Notes under the pieces: model-generated
Database searches by the model: none
What the model saw: only the letters and a program-made list of their open reading frames with translations
What the model was told of the DNA's origin: nothing
From: Spirochaetia bacterium
Lineage (GTDB): Bacteria; Spirochaetota; Spirochaetia; CADAEX01
DNA length: 64,000 bases
Direction: 5' to 3'
NCBI GenBank assembly: GCA_963662795.1
Contig: OY759746.1
Span: 3,136,001 to 3,200,000 of the forward strand
Shown: positions 28,539-39,263 of the stretch, in pieces
How positions within the stretch are numbered: the stretch's first letter is position 1
Layout: each line of letters begins with the position of its first letter
Program-made: the position numbers and the translations under genes

Positions 28539-29327
28539 TCAGGTTTGAAGAATGGCATAGTCTTTATCATTTAAAAGTTTTCTGACTTCTTTTATAAATT
28601 TCTCATAATCCGGGGGTTTTATCCGGTTTTTGTAAAGAAGATCAATTTTATGCAGTTCATTTATTTCTGAATTATATCTTATAACAGCTGCTTTTTCCTT
28701 TTCCCTTACAGTTTCAATGCTGCACAGTTTTCCCAGTTTTTCTGCTGCAGTGAGATATCCGGCAAACGACCTGCAGTCGCACATCGCGCCGGGGTGTATC
28801 AGGGAACATCTTCCCCTGATATGCTCCTGTGCCGCTTTTCTTGCCCTGTGTAGGTTCACTTTTACGGCGCTTTCACTAATATCAAGAATTTTTGCAGTTT
28901 CCTTTACAGAGAGGTCAAGCATCACTCTGAGGGTATAAACAGTTCTGTATAATGGAGGCATGCAGTTCATAAACATCTGAAGGCAGGTCTCTCTTGTCAT
29001 TGATACAATAACATTATCCTCAACCCTGCCGAAGCTGTTTATGTGGTCAAAGATCTCCTGTTTTGTCACATTGGTGTTTTCCGCATATTCATCGACCGGA
29101 AGACGGGACTGCTTCATGCTGTATTTTTTCGCTGTATTTACCACTATCCGGTAAAGCCATGTATAAACTGAGCTTGAGTTCCTGAAATCAGAAAATGATT
29201 TGTAGGCATTCAGAAAGGAAGTCTGAAGTATATCCTCAGAATCCTCCCTGCTTCCAGTCATTCTGAACGCAAGTGTATAGAGCCTGCCGTAGTTGTTTTT
29301 GTATATTTCCTCAAAAACAGTATCCAT
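28539..29327 (-). CDS. ECF sigma factor with Cys-containing C-terminal extension
   Basis: DSEDILQ, TWLYRI (region 2), SVKETAKIL..SESAVKVNLHRAR (region 4), RCSLIHPGAMCDC extension. Confidence 0.88.
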   Translation of the reverse strand: MDTVFEEIYKNNYGRLYTLAFRMTGSREDSEDILQTSFLNAYKSFSDFRNSSSVYTWLYRIVVNTAKKYSMKQSRLPVDEYAENTNVTKQEIFDHINSFGRVEDNVIVSMTRETCLQMFMNCMPPLYRTVYTLRVMLDLSVKETAKILDISESAVKVNLHRARKAAQEHIRGRCSLIHPGAMCDCRSFAGYLTAAEKLGKLCSIETVREKEKAAVIRYNSEINELHKIDLLYKNRIKPPDYEKFIKEVRKLLNDKDYAILQT

Positions 29328-29416
29328 GATCAATCCTTTAATGAATAATAAATCCAAATTTAAAGGAAATCAATGAGTCAGTAACAGTCAGCGCAAAACT
29401 GAACGGATTATTTTAA

Positions 29417-30142
29417 TTACTCTCTTACGACAGGCAGCCCTTTCCGTATCCATTCGCTTATGCCGTTTCTCATATTGTAAATATTTTCAAAACCGGCGTC
29501 TATGAGAATGTTTGCAGCTACAGTGCTTCTGTTGCCTGAAGCGCAGTAGACAAGTATTTTCTCATTCCTGTATTTTTCAAGTTTATCAAGGCTTCCGGAA
29601 AGGTCCTGTACAGGAATCAGCAATGCGTTTTTTAAATGTCCGCTCTCATATTCCCCCTTGGTGCGTACATCAAGGATAAGAGGAGAAATATTTTTAATAA
29701 GTTCATCCGCTCCGGCAGCATCAGTTTCAAAGTAGTTTTCACCGGTATAGTCAATAACATTTATAACACCGGGTTTTCCTGCTATGGAAATATCTAATTT
29801 ACCTGTTTCTTTCATTTTTATATAAGGAATATCTGCGGGGAAGGGAATATTAATATCAACGTTAAGTGATGGAATTAGCAGCTTTGCAGGTTCTTTTGAA
29901 TTTGAGCTGAATACAATGTAATCCCCCCTGTAGACAGTATAACTTTTTCCTTCGGCCGCACCATCAGCGGAAAGTATTCTCAGTCCGTTTTTAAGTGTGC
30001 CGGAGACAGTCCTGATTTCAGTTGCTGGCACCTGCTGCCGGCTGCTCTGTGCTGTATTTTCAGCTGAAACATTTTTACCAGGTGCACAGGCAGAAATAAG
30101 AATAAAAATCAATAAAGATAAAGATGTCAGATATTTTTTCAT
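29417..30142 (-). CDS. Rhodanese-domain lipoprotein
   Basis: Lipobox ISAC, LDVRT..EY..GHL, YCASGNRS active-site loop; GAGGAG RBS before the ATG at 30142. Confidence 0.85.
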   Translation of the reverse strand: MKKYLTSLSLLIFILISACAPGKNVSAENTAQSSRQQVPATEIRTVSGTLKNGLRILSADGAAEGKSYTVYRGDYIVFSSNSKEPAKLLIPSLNVDINIPFPADIPYIKMKETGKLDISIAGKPGVINVIDYTGENYFETDAAGADELIKNISPLILDVRTKGEYESGHLKNALLIPVQDLSGSLDKLEKYRNEKILVYCASGNRSTVAANILIDAGFENIYNMRNGISEWIRKGLPVVRE

Positions 30143-30287
30143 AAGAAAACTCCTCATATATATGATAAAAATCATATATATGAATATAAGCAATGATTTA
30201 ACAGGCGGCAACAGGAAATATATTATTGCAATACTGTAGAAAATCTGATATTTGTGTTATCCTTTAAGCATAAACTACGAGGTAAAA

Positions 30288-31262
30288 ATGAAAAATTCTG
30301 TTGCAATACTGTGGGACGCTGAAAATGTCAATCCTAACCAGAAAGAAGGGCTGGTAGAAGCGGTAATTGAATATACAAAAAAATACGGACAGCTCTCTGT
30401 CGCCGCTGTATTTGCGGACTGGAAAAAGGTAAACCTCGGTGCCTGCGATGAGGCATTTGCCAATAACCTTTTCCAGCTTATACATGTTCCTTCATCACGA
30501 AAAAACAGCTCTGATATATCTCTTATTACGAGCGGCATAGAGTATTTGTTTCTATATCCTCACATTGACACGTTTTTTATTGTTACCGGCGATATAGATT
30601 TCAGGCCGCTTTTGGTAAGCATCAGGAGAAGGGGATGCAGGACAATCATCATCTGCGACGCAAGAAACGCGAGTGAGAACCTGCTTGAAATTGCGGATGA
30701 ATACTTTGATTACAGAACAATAATCGACCCTGACAATGAAGAAAGGTCGGAAAAACTTTCAAAAGAAAGGTGTTATTCCCTGATGACCGAGGCCATTAAA
30801 AGCATAAGGGAAAAAAAAGACAAGGCAAACTATTCCGAGGTAAAGGTCAGAATGCTTCTTTTAAACGATAATTTCAGCGAAAAGGATATCGGGTTCAACA
30901 GCTGGAGGACCTTTGTCGAGGCGGCAGAACGTGACGGTATCATAAAGATGACAGGCGATGACAAAAATATTTACCTTGAGGTAAAAGAGAACTCAGGGAA
31001 GGGCAGCGAAGCTTACGATCCTTTTGCCGCAATGCTGGCTGAGCTTAAAAGCCTTGTTAAAAGGGAAAAGGACAACCGTATTCTTTTTACAAAATTAAAC
31101 AATGTTCTTATCAGGAAAAAAATTGATATAAAAGAGCATGGTTATTCCCGTCTGAAGAAATTTTTACAGGATGCTGAAAAACGTGATCTTGTTAAGATTG
31201 AATCCGAAGGGCTCAATTACTACGTGACAATTACTGAAAAGGGATCAAAATACTCGGCCTGA
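30288..31262 (+). CDS. NYN-domain protein with OST-HTH/LOTUS domains
   Basis: WDAEN, KNSSDI, TGDIDF; two C-terminal LOTUS-like repeats. Confidence 0.85.
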   Translation: MKNSVAILWDAENVNPNQKEGLVEAVIEYTKKYGQLSVAAVFADWKKVNLGACDEAFANNLFQLIHVPSSRKNSSDISLITSGIEYLFLYPHIDTFFIVTGDIDFRPLLVSIRRRGCRTIIICDARNASENLLEIADEYFDYRTIIDPDNEERSEKLSKERCYSLMTEAIKSIREKKDKANYSEVKVRMLLLNDNFSEKDIGFNSWRTFVEAAERDGIIKMTGDDKNIYLEVKENSGKGSEAYDPFAAMLAELKSLVKREKDNRILFTKLNNVLIRKKIDIKEHGYSRLKKFLQDAEKRDLVKIESEGLNYYVTITEKGSKYSA

Positions 31263-31325
31263 TCGCATAAAAATTTGTGTTTAACCTGCTGGATTTAACT
31301 TCTCAGGGATTAACATCAATTGGAA

Positions 31326-32140
31326 TCAGGAATTATCTCTCAGTTTTTGTATATAGTTTTTTCTGTAATTGGTAGGCGCCAGTCCGGTATACTGTTTGAA
31401 GATTTTTGAAAAATGGAATTCACTATAGAATTTAAGTTTATCCGCAATCAAGTTGATTGTCATGTCGGTATTTGTCAGCATGTATGTCGCGGCCTCAATT
31501 TTCAGTCTCGTAAAATATTTCATCGGTGTAATTCCCATTTTTCTTTTAAACAGTCGTATAAAGTAAGAATCTGTAAGACTGAGTTTGAAAGTAATATCTT
31601 TTAATGTAAGGTTGTTTGTAACATTGTTCTGCATAATCTTAAGTGATTTTTCAAGCTGAATATTTCTTGATTCGGTGTAGTTGAAATCCCTCTGCTCGGC
31701 AAGTGTATATAGAAAGGAAATAAGCTGATGTGATGCTGATTTCTGAAGATTGTGATTCTGTGAAAGCCCTTTCTCTTTTAATTCCTCAAAGAAAAACCGG
31801 TAATTTGTACCAATATTATAATACCATTTAACCAGCAGCTCATTTTTGATAAGCCTTTCAATTTCCCTGTTATGGGAAGACAGTTCAACGAGAACTGCGT
31901 AATAGCTTAACGGTTTGTAATTATCGTCTGTAATGATTGAGTGATTCATCTCCGGTGAGGTGATAAAAAGAGCGCCGGGGTTGATTCTGTATATGGTTTT
32001 GTTATTCAGGAAATTTCCCGTACCCTGGATAAAATAATGGATTTCATATTCATCAGGGCCATGAGGTGGAACCTGCTGTGCCATTTTATCTCATCTCTAT
32101 CTTTCATCTGATATACAAAAACTACATCCTTAAACTCCAC
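31326..32140 (-). pseudogene. AraC-family regulator with an apparent 1-nt frameshift near 32064 (or a sequencing error)
   Basis: C-terminal double HTH (SYFIRLFK, FYSEFHFSKIFK); the N terminus VEFKDVVFVY...WHSRFH from GTG 32140 with AAGGA RBS is out of frame with HGPDEYEIHYF. Confidence 0.7.
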
Positions 32141-32240
32141 AACTGCATCCTTATGTCAATTATATACATGTAAATACAGTTCTGTATATTGCAAAAGGGA
32201 ATTTTCGGATTGAAAATTAATATAGTAGCGGGGTGCCGGT

Positions 32241-33734
32241 TTGAAAACAGTTGTCGGAATTGATAATGGAACACAGAGTACGAAAATTTTGTTCTATGAC
32301 TTTGAAAACATGAAGGTTGTCGCATCATCTTCTGCCGGATATGACATGATAAGCAGGGATGACGGCACAAGAGAGCAAAAAGCCCAATGGTGGATCGGGG
32401 CAATTGAAAAATGTTTCAGTGAAATTGATCCCGCGATTAAAAAAACAGCTGTCGCAGTAGGTGTTTCGGGGCATCAGCATGGATTTGTTCCGTTAAATAA
32501 AGATGGGAAAGTTCTTTATAATGTAAAATTGTGGTGTGATACATCAACCTCTTCAGAATGCAGGGAAATTGAAAACAGCTTCGGCGGCGGGGAAAAACTG
32601 CTCTCAGAAGCCGGAAACAGAATACTTCCCGGTTATACTGCATCAAAAATACTGTGGCTTAAAAATAATCATCCTGAACTTTATAAAGACATGAAATATA
32701 TCCTTCTGCCTCATAATTATATAAATTTTTACCTGACCGGAAAATATTCGATGGAGAGCGGAGATGCTTCCGGAACAGGCCTGCTGAATATTAAAACGCG
32801 CAAATGGGATAAAGGTGTTTTAAAAGCCATTGATTCAGAAAGAGATATAACAGAGTGTTTACCGGTTCTGATCGGATCACATGAAGCCGCCGGTAAAGTG
32901 ACCGGGGAGGTCTCTTCAAAGCTGGGCATACCGGAAGGTATTATAGTTTCTTCCGGAGGCGGTGATAACATGATGGGTGCCATCGGCACCGGTGCAGTAT
33001 CCCCGGGTGTCATTACAATGAGCCTCGGAACATCAGGTACCATATACGGGTTTTCGGACAGACCTGTAATTGATCCGAATGGAAATCTTGCCGCGTTCTG
33101 CTCTTCAACAGGCGGCTGGCTTCCCCTCCTGTGCACAATGAACTGTACTGTAGCAACAGAGCTGATGCGCAAGCTCTTTGACACCGGTGTGGATGAATTC
33201 GGCAAAATTGCATCAAAATCTGTTGCCGGGGCTGAGGGAATAATAACTCTTCCTTTTTTTAACGGAGAACGCACCCCGAATTTGCCGAATGGAAAGGGCT
33301 GTATAGTCGGGATGGATATGACAAATGTCAGAAAAGAGAACCTTTTCAGATCCTCGATGGAATCAGCTGTATTCGGGATGCGGCTCGGACTGGATTCATT
33401 CAGGGAGCTCGGCTTTCTTATAAAAGAGATACGGCTGATCGGAGGAGGCTCAAAATCGGATCTCTGGAGACAAATTACTGCAGATATACTTGATTTACCG
33501 GTTATAGTCCCCGATTTTGATGAGTCTGCGGCATTCGGCAGCGCCATTCAGGCTTTATGGGCATTTGATCATGCCGGAGGTATGCATTCTGATATTACTC
33601 ATCTTATAAAAAAACATGTGGTAATTAACCCCGGGAAAAACTGTATTCCGGATCAGAAGAATAGTGCAGTTTATAATAAAGTTTATAAAACCTACAGCAG
33701 TTATGTAAAATCTTTGAGTGATATTTTCAAATAA
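32241..33734 (+). CDS. xylB: Xylulokinase
   Basis: GIDNGTQSTK, SGHQHG, LWCD, GGGDN, NGERTP; adjacent to xylA. Confidence 0.93.
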   Translation: MKTVVGIDNGTQSTKILFYDFENMKVVASSSAGYDMISRDDGTREQKAQWWIGAIEKCFSEIDPAIKKTAVAVGVSGHQHGFVPLNKDGKVLYNVKLWCDTSTSSECREIENSFGGGEKLLSEAGNRILPGYTASKILWLKNNHPELYKDMKYILLPHNYINFYLTGKYSMESGDASGTGLLNIKTRKWDKGVLKAIDSERDITECLPVLIGSHEAAGKVTGEVSSKLGIPEGIIVSSGGGDNMMGAIGTGAVSPGVITMSLGTSGTIYGFSDRPVIDPNGNLAAFCSSTGGWLPLLCTMNCTVATELMRKLFDTGVDEFGKIASKSVAGAEGIITLPFFNGERTPNLPNGKGCIVGMDMTNVRKENLFRSSMESAVFGMRLGLDSFRELGFLIKEIRLIGGGSKSDLWRQITADILDLPVIVPDFDESAAFGSAIQALWAFDHAGGMHSDITHLIKKHVVINPGKNCIPDQKNSAVYNKVYKTYSSYVKSLSDIFK

Positions 33735-33746
33735 GGAGAAACGTTT

Positions 33747-35096
33747 ATGAAAGATTATTTTATCGGCAATCAGGAGTTTTTTAAGGGAATTGGAAAAATC
33801 AGCTATGAGGGCAGCGGTTCAGACAATCCGCTGGCTTTCAAATTCTACAATCCGGAAAGAATCGTAGCCGGAAAAACAATGAGAGAACACCTCCGTTTTT
33901 CCGTTGCCTACTGGCATTCTTTCTGTGCCGGCGGTTCAGATCAATTCGGACATGATACAATTGTTTTCCCATGGGCCGATTCTGATCCTCTTGCCGCGGC
34001 AAGAAAAAAAGCTGATGCTGCATTTGAATTCACAACAAAGATGGGTTTTGATTACTATTGTTTTCATGATGCCGATGTCGCGCCCCAGGGTTCTTCTGCG
34101 GCAGAGTATGAAAAATACTATAGGATAATTGCGGAATATCTTAAGGAAAGACAGGATGCCACCGGTGTGAAGCTATTGTGGAATACTGCCAATGTTTGTT
34201 CCCATCCGAGATATATGAACGGCACAGCTACCAACCCTGATTTTAACGTAATTACATGGGCTGCCATGCAGGTGAAGAATTGTTTGGATGTCAATGTTTA
34301 TCTTGGTGGAGAGAATTATGTTTTCTGGGGTGGAAGGGAAGGCTACATGAGCCTGCTGAATACTGATATGAAGCGGGAGCAGGAACATCTGGCACGTTTT
34401 ATCAGCCTTGCAAGAGACTACGGACGAAAGGTCGGATTTAAAGGTCCTTTTCTTATTGAACCCAAGCCAATGGAGCCTACAAAGCACCAGTATGATTATG
34501 ATGCTGCAACAGCTATTGCGTTTATCCGCTCTGCCGGGTTGACCGGGGATTTTAAATGCAATATTGAATGCAATCACGCAACTCTGGCAGGGCATACGTT
34601 CTCGCATGATCTTCAGGTTTGTGCTGATGCGGGTATGCTCGGAAGTGTGGATGCGAACAGGGGGGATCCCCAGAACGGGTGGGACACAGACCAGTTTCCC
34701 AATAATGTCTATGAAACCGCAGAAGCAATGATGATTATACTTAAAAACGGTGGATTTACCTCCGGCGGTCTTAATTTCGACGCAAGAGTCAGGAGAAATT
34801 CCACAGATGCAGATGATCTTTTTCTTGCCCACATTGGCGCTGCCGATACCTTTGCGCTGGGACTGCTTATCGCGTCAGATATATTGGCGGACGGCAAACT
34901 GGATGAAATGAGGAAGAAACGGTATTCATCATTTGATTCAGGCAGCGGCGCGGAATTTGAGAAAGGAAAGTTTACTCTCTCCGACTTAAGGGATATTGCT
35001 GTCAAAACCGGAGAACCTGCCAGGATAAGCGGTAAACAGGAGCTTTATGAGAATATTATAAATCAATATATGTTTGGTAACAATCAGATCAGGTAG
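33747..35096 (+). CDS. xylA: Xylose isomerase (class II)
   Basis: [34 protein letters not shown]. Confidence 0.98.
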   Translation: MKDYFIGNQEFFKGIGKISYEGSGSDNPLAFKFYNPERIVAGKTMREHLRFSVAYWHSFCAGGSDQFGHDTIVFPWADSDPLAAARKKADAAFEFTTKMGFDYYCFHDADVAPQGSSAAEYEKYYRIIAEYLKERQDATGVKLLWNTANVCSHPRYMNGTATNPDFNVITWAAMQVKNCLDVNVYLGGENYVFWGGREGYMSLLNTDMKREQEHLARFISLARDYGRKVGFKGPFLIEPKPMEPTKHQYDYDAATAIAFIRSAGLTGDFKCNIECNHATLAGHTFSHDLQVCADAGMLGSVDANRGDPQNGWDTDQFPNNVYETAEAMMIILKNGGFTSGGLNFDARVRRNSTDADDLFLAHIGAADTFALGLLIASDILADGKLDEMRKKRYSSFDSGSGAEFEKGKFTLSDLRDIAVKTGEPARISGKQELYENIINQYMFGNNQIR

Positions 35097-35341
35097 CGCT
35101 GATTCATGCCCGGTCAAGGTTTCATAACCATGTTCCGATGCTTACGGATGTTTAACACCGGAATACGGATTTATGCATTTATTCATGTATATGAAACATT
35201 TTCCGTTTTCAGGGTAATGGGACCGGCCGGGTTTTTTTAAATGGCACTATGGAAAAGATCAATAAATATTATCATCTTAAAAGAAAAATACAGTCGGGAA
35301 AAATGCTTTACAATTATTATATTCAACCATAGGATTAATAT

Positions 35342-36295
35342 GTGAACAGCTTTCTGAAATATCTTGCATTATTTTTTGGTTTGGTTTTTTCATTATCCCT
35401 TTTTCTCTCTATCAGCCTGATGGTGAAAACCCCGTTTCTTTCCAAGAACAGTGAAAACTCATATACAGAAAAGAAATATCACTATGCTTTTTTTCTGCCT
35501 GAGACAGATGCCACATTTCTAAGGAACCTTAAAGAGGGTGCAGTTGAAGCCTCCCGGGCACTTGATTGTGCCATTTCTTTTCATTCCATCGATTCAGATC
35601 CTTTGAGTTTTGAAATGGCAAGGTTTTCCGGAGTCGATGGTTTCGGCATATATTTATATGAAAAAGATGAAAAAAAAATGCAGTATCTTTCAGAAATCTT
35701 AAAAGATAATATTCCGGTTGTACAGATTGAAAATGAAGTAACACAGATACCGGGATCATTTTTTATTGGTACAAATAGTTTTGATGTCGGAAAAGGAATC
35801 GGCCGTTTAGCTCTGGAATCCGGCAGGGAGTCATTAAATATGGCTCTGGTTTACAGTAAAAAAAATCCTGGAGTAATTACTGACGGAAATCTTATTGAGA
35901 TGGGAATAAAATCTGTTTTGGGAGAACGGCTTACAGGTTTGCGAACGGAAGAAACAAGCCTGAATCCCCTGGATGCAGAAAACCTTGTTCATAATCTTCT
36001 TGATAATGAATCTGCAATAGATCTGATTGTTCTGACCGATCACAATGATACTATTGTTACAGTTCAGTCTATTATTGATATGAATCTGGTGGGCACCGTC
36101 CAGATTATTGGATTTGGAGATCATGAAACAATAAAATCATATATTAACAAAGGGGTAATACTGGGAAGCATAGTGCGCAACCCCTACAGGATCGGCTTTT
36201 CTACTGTTATGGCTCTCAAGGAAATCAGCACCAATGGATACACCTCTGCCTATGTGGATACAGGAATTACAATACTGACAGGAAAGGCTCCATGA
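35342..36295 (+). CDS. Membrane-anchored sugar-binding sensory protein (XylFII-like)
   Basis: N-terminal TM plus periplasmic-binding fold (FIGTNS, IIGF, NPYRIG); overlaps the kinase start. Confidence 0.75.
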   Translation: MNSFLKYLALFFGLVFSLSLFLSISLMVKTPFLSKNSENSYTEKKYHYAFFLPETDATFLRNLKEGAVEASRALDCAISFHSIDSDPLSFEMARFSGVDGFGIYLYEKDEKKMQYLSEILKDNIPVVQIENEVTQIPGSFFIGTNSFDVGKGIGRLALESGRESLNMALVYSKKNPGVITDGNLIEMGIKSVLGERLTGLRTEETSLNPLDAENLVHNLLDNESAIDLIVLTDHNDTIVTVQSIIDMNLVGTVQIIGFGDHETIKSYINKGVILGSIVRNPYRIGFSTVMALKEISTNGYTSAYVDTGITILTGKAP

Positions 36296-37773
36296 GAAAT
36301 TCACTCAAAACAAGACTTATTGAATATATTGCTGTCAGTATGGTCATAATATTATTTTCAATGGGATTTTTTCTGATCAATTCTTTGAAACTTCAGAAAA
36401 TTGCTGACAGAAGGTTTGAGGATGAATTATTTCTGCAAAAATTGAAATACCACCTTTCCGATTTACAGGTACCGCTTGAGAGTTATATGACAAGTTATTC
36501 CTCCTCCTCGCTGGCAAAATTATTATTCATTATGGAAACGCTTGATGAGTCAGTCCCATCAAGACGCCCGATTACAGCTAATGAGTCTGATCTGATAAAA
36601 AGGGAAATATACTTTCTGATTGATGCTTATACGGCACAGCTGAATCAGATAATTGAACTTAAAAGAGGCAGGAAAGTACAGCAGTATACCCAAAGCTATG
36701 AAGAATTGATTAATCTTTATAAATATATCAACAGCAGGATAGATTTAGTCAGTTTGATTGGATTTCGTGTACAGCTGGATGAATACCAGAATTTTCTGGA
36801 ACTTTTCAGGAAGATGCAGTTGTATAATATCCTGCAGATTCTTCTTTCGACGGCCTTTGCATTTTCCATTCTGATGAAAATGGTAAATAATATTACAAGT
36901 CCTATGTATGAGCTGTCACTTATGGCAGGAAAGCTCTCAAGCGGTCTGTTTGATATACCGGATATACATTTTTCTTCTGTCAATGAGGTCAATCAGGTTG
37001 CCGGTGCATTCAATAACATGAAACACAATATCCGCCACTCGATTGAAGAACTTGAGAAGCAGAAGAAGATGGAACAGGAAATCATGTCTGAACGTGTCAG
37101 GAATCTTAAAATGGAACAGCTTCTGAAAAGGATGGAACTCTATACAATGCAGGCACAGATGAATCCGCATTTCCTGTTCAATACAATCAACACGGGTGTT
37201 CAGCTTGCAATTGTAGAAGAGGCGGACCGGACTGCAGAGTTTATGGAAAATCTTGCTGACCTGTTTCGTTACAATATCCGGGAAAAACAGTTTTTTGTTC
37301 CTCTCCGGCACGAACTGGAAGGGCTTGAGTCATACTATAAAATACTTAAAATAAGATTTCCCAAAACCCTTAAACTTGTCTTAAATGTACAGGAAGGTCT
37401 TGCTGACAGGTTCGACTGTCCGGCTATGGTTCTTCAGCCGCTTGTTGAAAATTCAGTGCTGCATGCATTCAAGAAAAAAAAGGGAATAGGGACTGTTACT
37501 GTTTCTGTCAGTTTTGAAGATCCGGTACTTGTAATTTCTGTCCATGATGACGGAATAGGTATTGCTGAAGAAACCATTAAAATGCTGCTCATACCCCATG
37601 TACATGATTATCAGCTTAGTTCCAGGGTTATGGGGCTTGAAAATGTTATTCAGCGCTGTTATTTCTTTTATCCTGATCAGAAGGATGTAATTGATATCAA
37701 AACAGTTCCTGACCAGGGAACGGAAATACTGATCAGAATTCATACTGAGGTTCAGCCATGTATCAGGTTATGA
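36292..37773 (+). CDS. LytS/YesM-family sensor histidine kinase
   Basis: HAMP domain, QMNPHFLFNTIN, QPLVENS, DDGIG. Confidence 0.92.
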   Translation: MRNSLKTRLIEYIAVSMVIILFSMGFFLINSLKLQKIADRRFEDELFLQKLKYHLSDLQVPLESYMTSYSSSSLAKLLFIMETLDESVPSRRPITANESDLIKREIYFLIDAYTAQLNQIIELKRGRKVQQYTQSYEELINLYKYINSRIDLVSLIGFRVQLDEYQNFLELFRKMQLYNILQILLSTAFAFSILMKMVNNITSPMYELSLMAGKLSSGLFDIPDIHFSSVNEVNQVAGAFNNMKHNIRHSIEELEKQKKMEQEIMSERVRNLKMEQLLKRMELYTMQAQMNPHFLFNTINTGVQLAIVEEADRTAEFMENLADLFRYNIREKQFFVPLRHELEGLESYYKILKIRFPKTLKLVLNVQEGLADRFDCPAMVLQPLVENSVLHAFKKKKGIGTVTVSVSFEDPVLVISVHDDGIGIAEETIKMLLIPHVHDYQLSSRVMGLENVIQRCYFFYPDQKDVIDIKTVPDQGTEILIRIHTEVQPCIRL

Positions 37774-39263
37774 TAGTAGACGATGAAGAACCTGTTCTGG
37801 ACAGCTTTGCCTTTATACTAAGCAAGGATGTGACAGATTTTGCTCTGTGTGGTAAAGCCAGATCAGGACCTGAAGCAATCAGTAAAATACAGGAACTGAT
37901 GCCCGATCTGGTATTTATGGACATACAAATACCGGGTATTGACGGTATTGAAACTATCAGTCAGATCAGGCATAAGTACCCTAATATAGTTTTTATTCTG
38001 GCTACGGCCTATGAACGATTTGACATTGCCAGGAAAGCCATCCCCCTGGGAGTATTCAGCTATATGGTAAAACCGATATCTAGAAAGGCTCTTCTGGAGG
38101 TTCTTGAAAAAGTAAAAAATCATCTTGACGGATTAAGGGAACGGGACTTGCGCCGTCTTGAAGATGTCGAGCTTCTGCAGAAAACGAGGGATGAAAGAAA
38201 AAACAGTTTTCTGAACAGCCTGATCTGGGGAAATCCCGATGAAAAAGAATGGGGAAAAATTTCACGGCTTTTTTCACTTAACAGTGAAAGGGGGCTTTTA
38301 TCCCTGATTGAAGCTGTCGGTGACATACCTGAAGGCAATAAAATAAAGCTCTATGGGGCGGTAACTGAAAAAATTCAATATAAATATAAATGTCTGAGTA
38401 CTGTTGTTAACGGCAGGTTGCTTATGTTCATTCCTGAAGAGCAGAAACTTAATAATCTTGACTGCAACATTAAAAGTATTCTGAATGATTGTAATCAATA
38501 TAATTTTATAACCGGTCAGGGGGGAATTTATCATTTCTCAGCCCTGCATACCTCCTTTTCAGAGGCCTTTAAACCATTTACTGCAGCCGCAAAGAGGGAA
38601 AAATCTTATTCCGCGGAACAGGAGCGGGTTAAAATGATCTGCAGAAGTATTCTTGATCCGGATAATACGGATTCTCATCATCTTTTTGAAGATTACTGGT
38701 CGGAAATATTCAGCAGTATGAGTTTTCCTGTTGCGCAGGGTAAAATGATTGCTCTTTTTACACTGCTGCTTAGTAAATTTGACAGTCGGCTTCTTTCAGT
38801 ATCAAATTTTCCTATTGATCCGGCAGTAGAAATAATGGGGCTGAAATCAATTGCAGAATGGATTGAATGGTCATCGGGAAACATTAATCGTCTCCAGGAA
38901 GTCAGCAGAATTAATCAAAATCAGTTATGTCCACGTCCGCTTGCTGCCGCTATGTCATATATCCGTGAAAATTATAAAAAACCACTGCAGTTATCCCTTG
39001 TCGCTGAGGAATGCGGGATAACAGGAAGCTATCTCAGCAGGTTATTTAAAGAACATCTGGGTATAACCTTTATTGATTATTTGAACCGCTTCCGGCTGAA
39101 TAAAGCTATAATACTTCTTGAAGAGAAAAAATATTCAATAAAGGAAATTTCATATCTTGTAGGATATCAGGATCCGAACTACTTCAGCAGGATTTTCCGG
39201 CGGCACATGGGGATATCTCCATCTGATCTCCTTGATAACGAGGATGGTAAAAATGATTTATAA
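37758..39263 (+). CDS. YesN-type response regulator (REC + AraC)
   Basis: VDDE, FMDIQ, VKP; SYLSRLFK and GYQDPNYFSRIF. Confidence 0.92.
   Translation: MYQVMIVDDEEPVLDSFAFILSKDVTDFALCGKARSGPEAISKIQELMPDLVFMDIQIPGIDGIETISQIRHKYPNIVFILATAYERFDIARKAIPLGVFSYMVKPISRKALLEVLEKVKNHLDGLRERDLRRLEDVELLQKTRDERKNSFLNSLIWGNPDEKEWGKISRLFSLNSERGLLSLIEAVGDIPEGNKIKLYGAVTEKIQYKYKCLSTVVNGRLLMFIPEEQKLNNLDCNIKSILNDCNQYNFITGQGGIYHFSALHTSFSEAFKPFTAAAKREKSYSAEQERVKMICRSILDPDNTDSHHLFEDYWSEIFSSMSFPVAQGKMIALFTLLLSKFDSRLLSVSNFPIDPAVEIMGLKSIAEWIEWSSGNINRLQEVSRINQNQLCPRPLAAAMSYIRENYKKPLQLSLVAEECGITGSYLSRLFKEHLGITFIDYLNRFRLNKAIILLEEKKYSIKEISYLVGYQDPNYFSRIFRRHMGISPSDLLDNEDGKNDL

Noticed and set aside
32729-34832. Long antisense ORFs (272 aa and 219 aa) opposite xylB and xylA
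   Set aside because: Shadow frames of well-conserved genes, with no motifs or RBS
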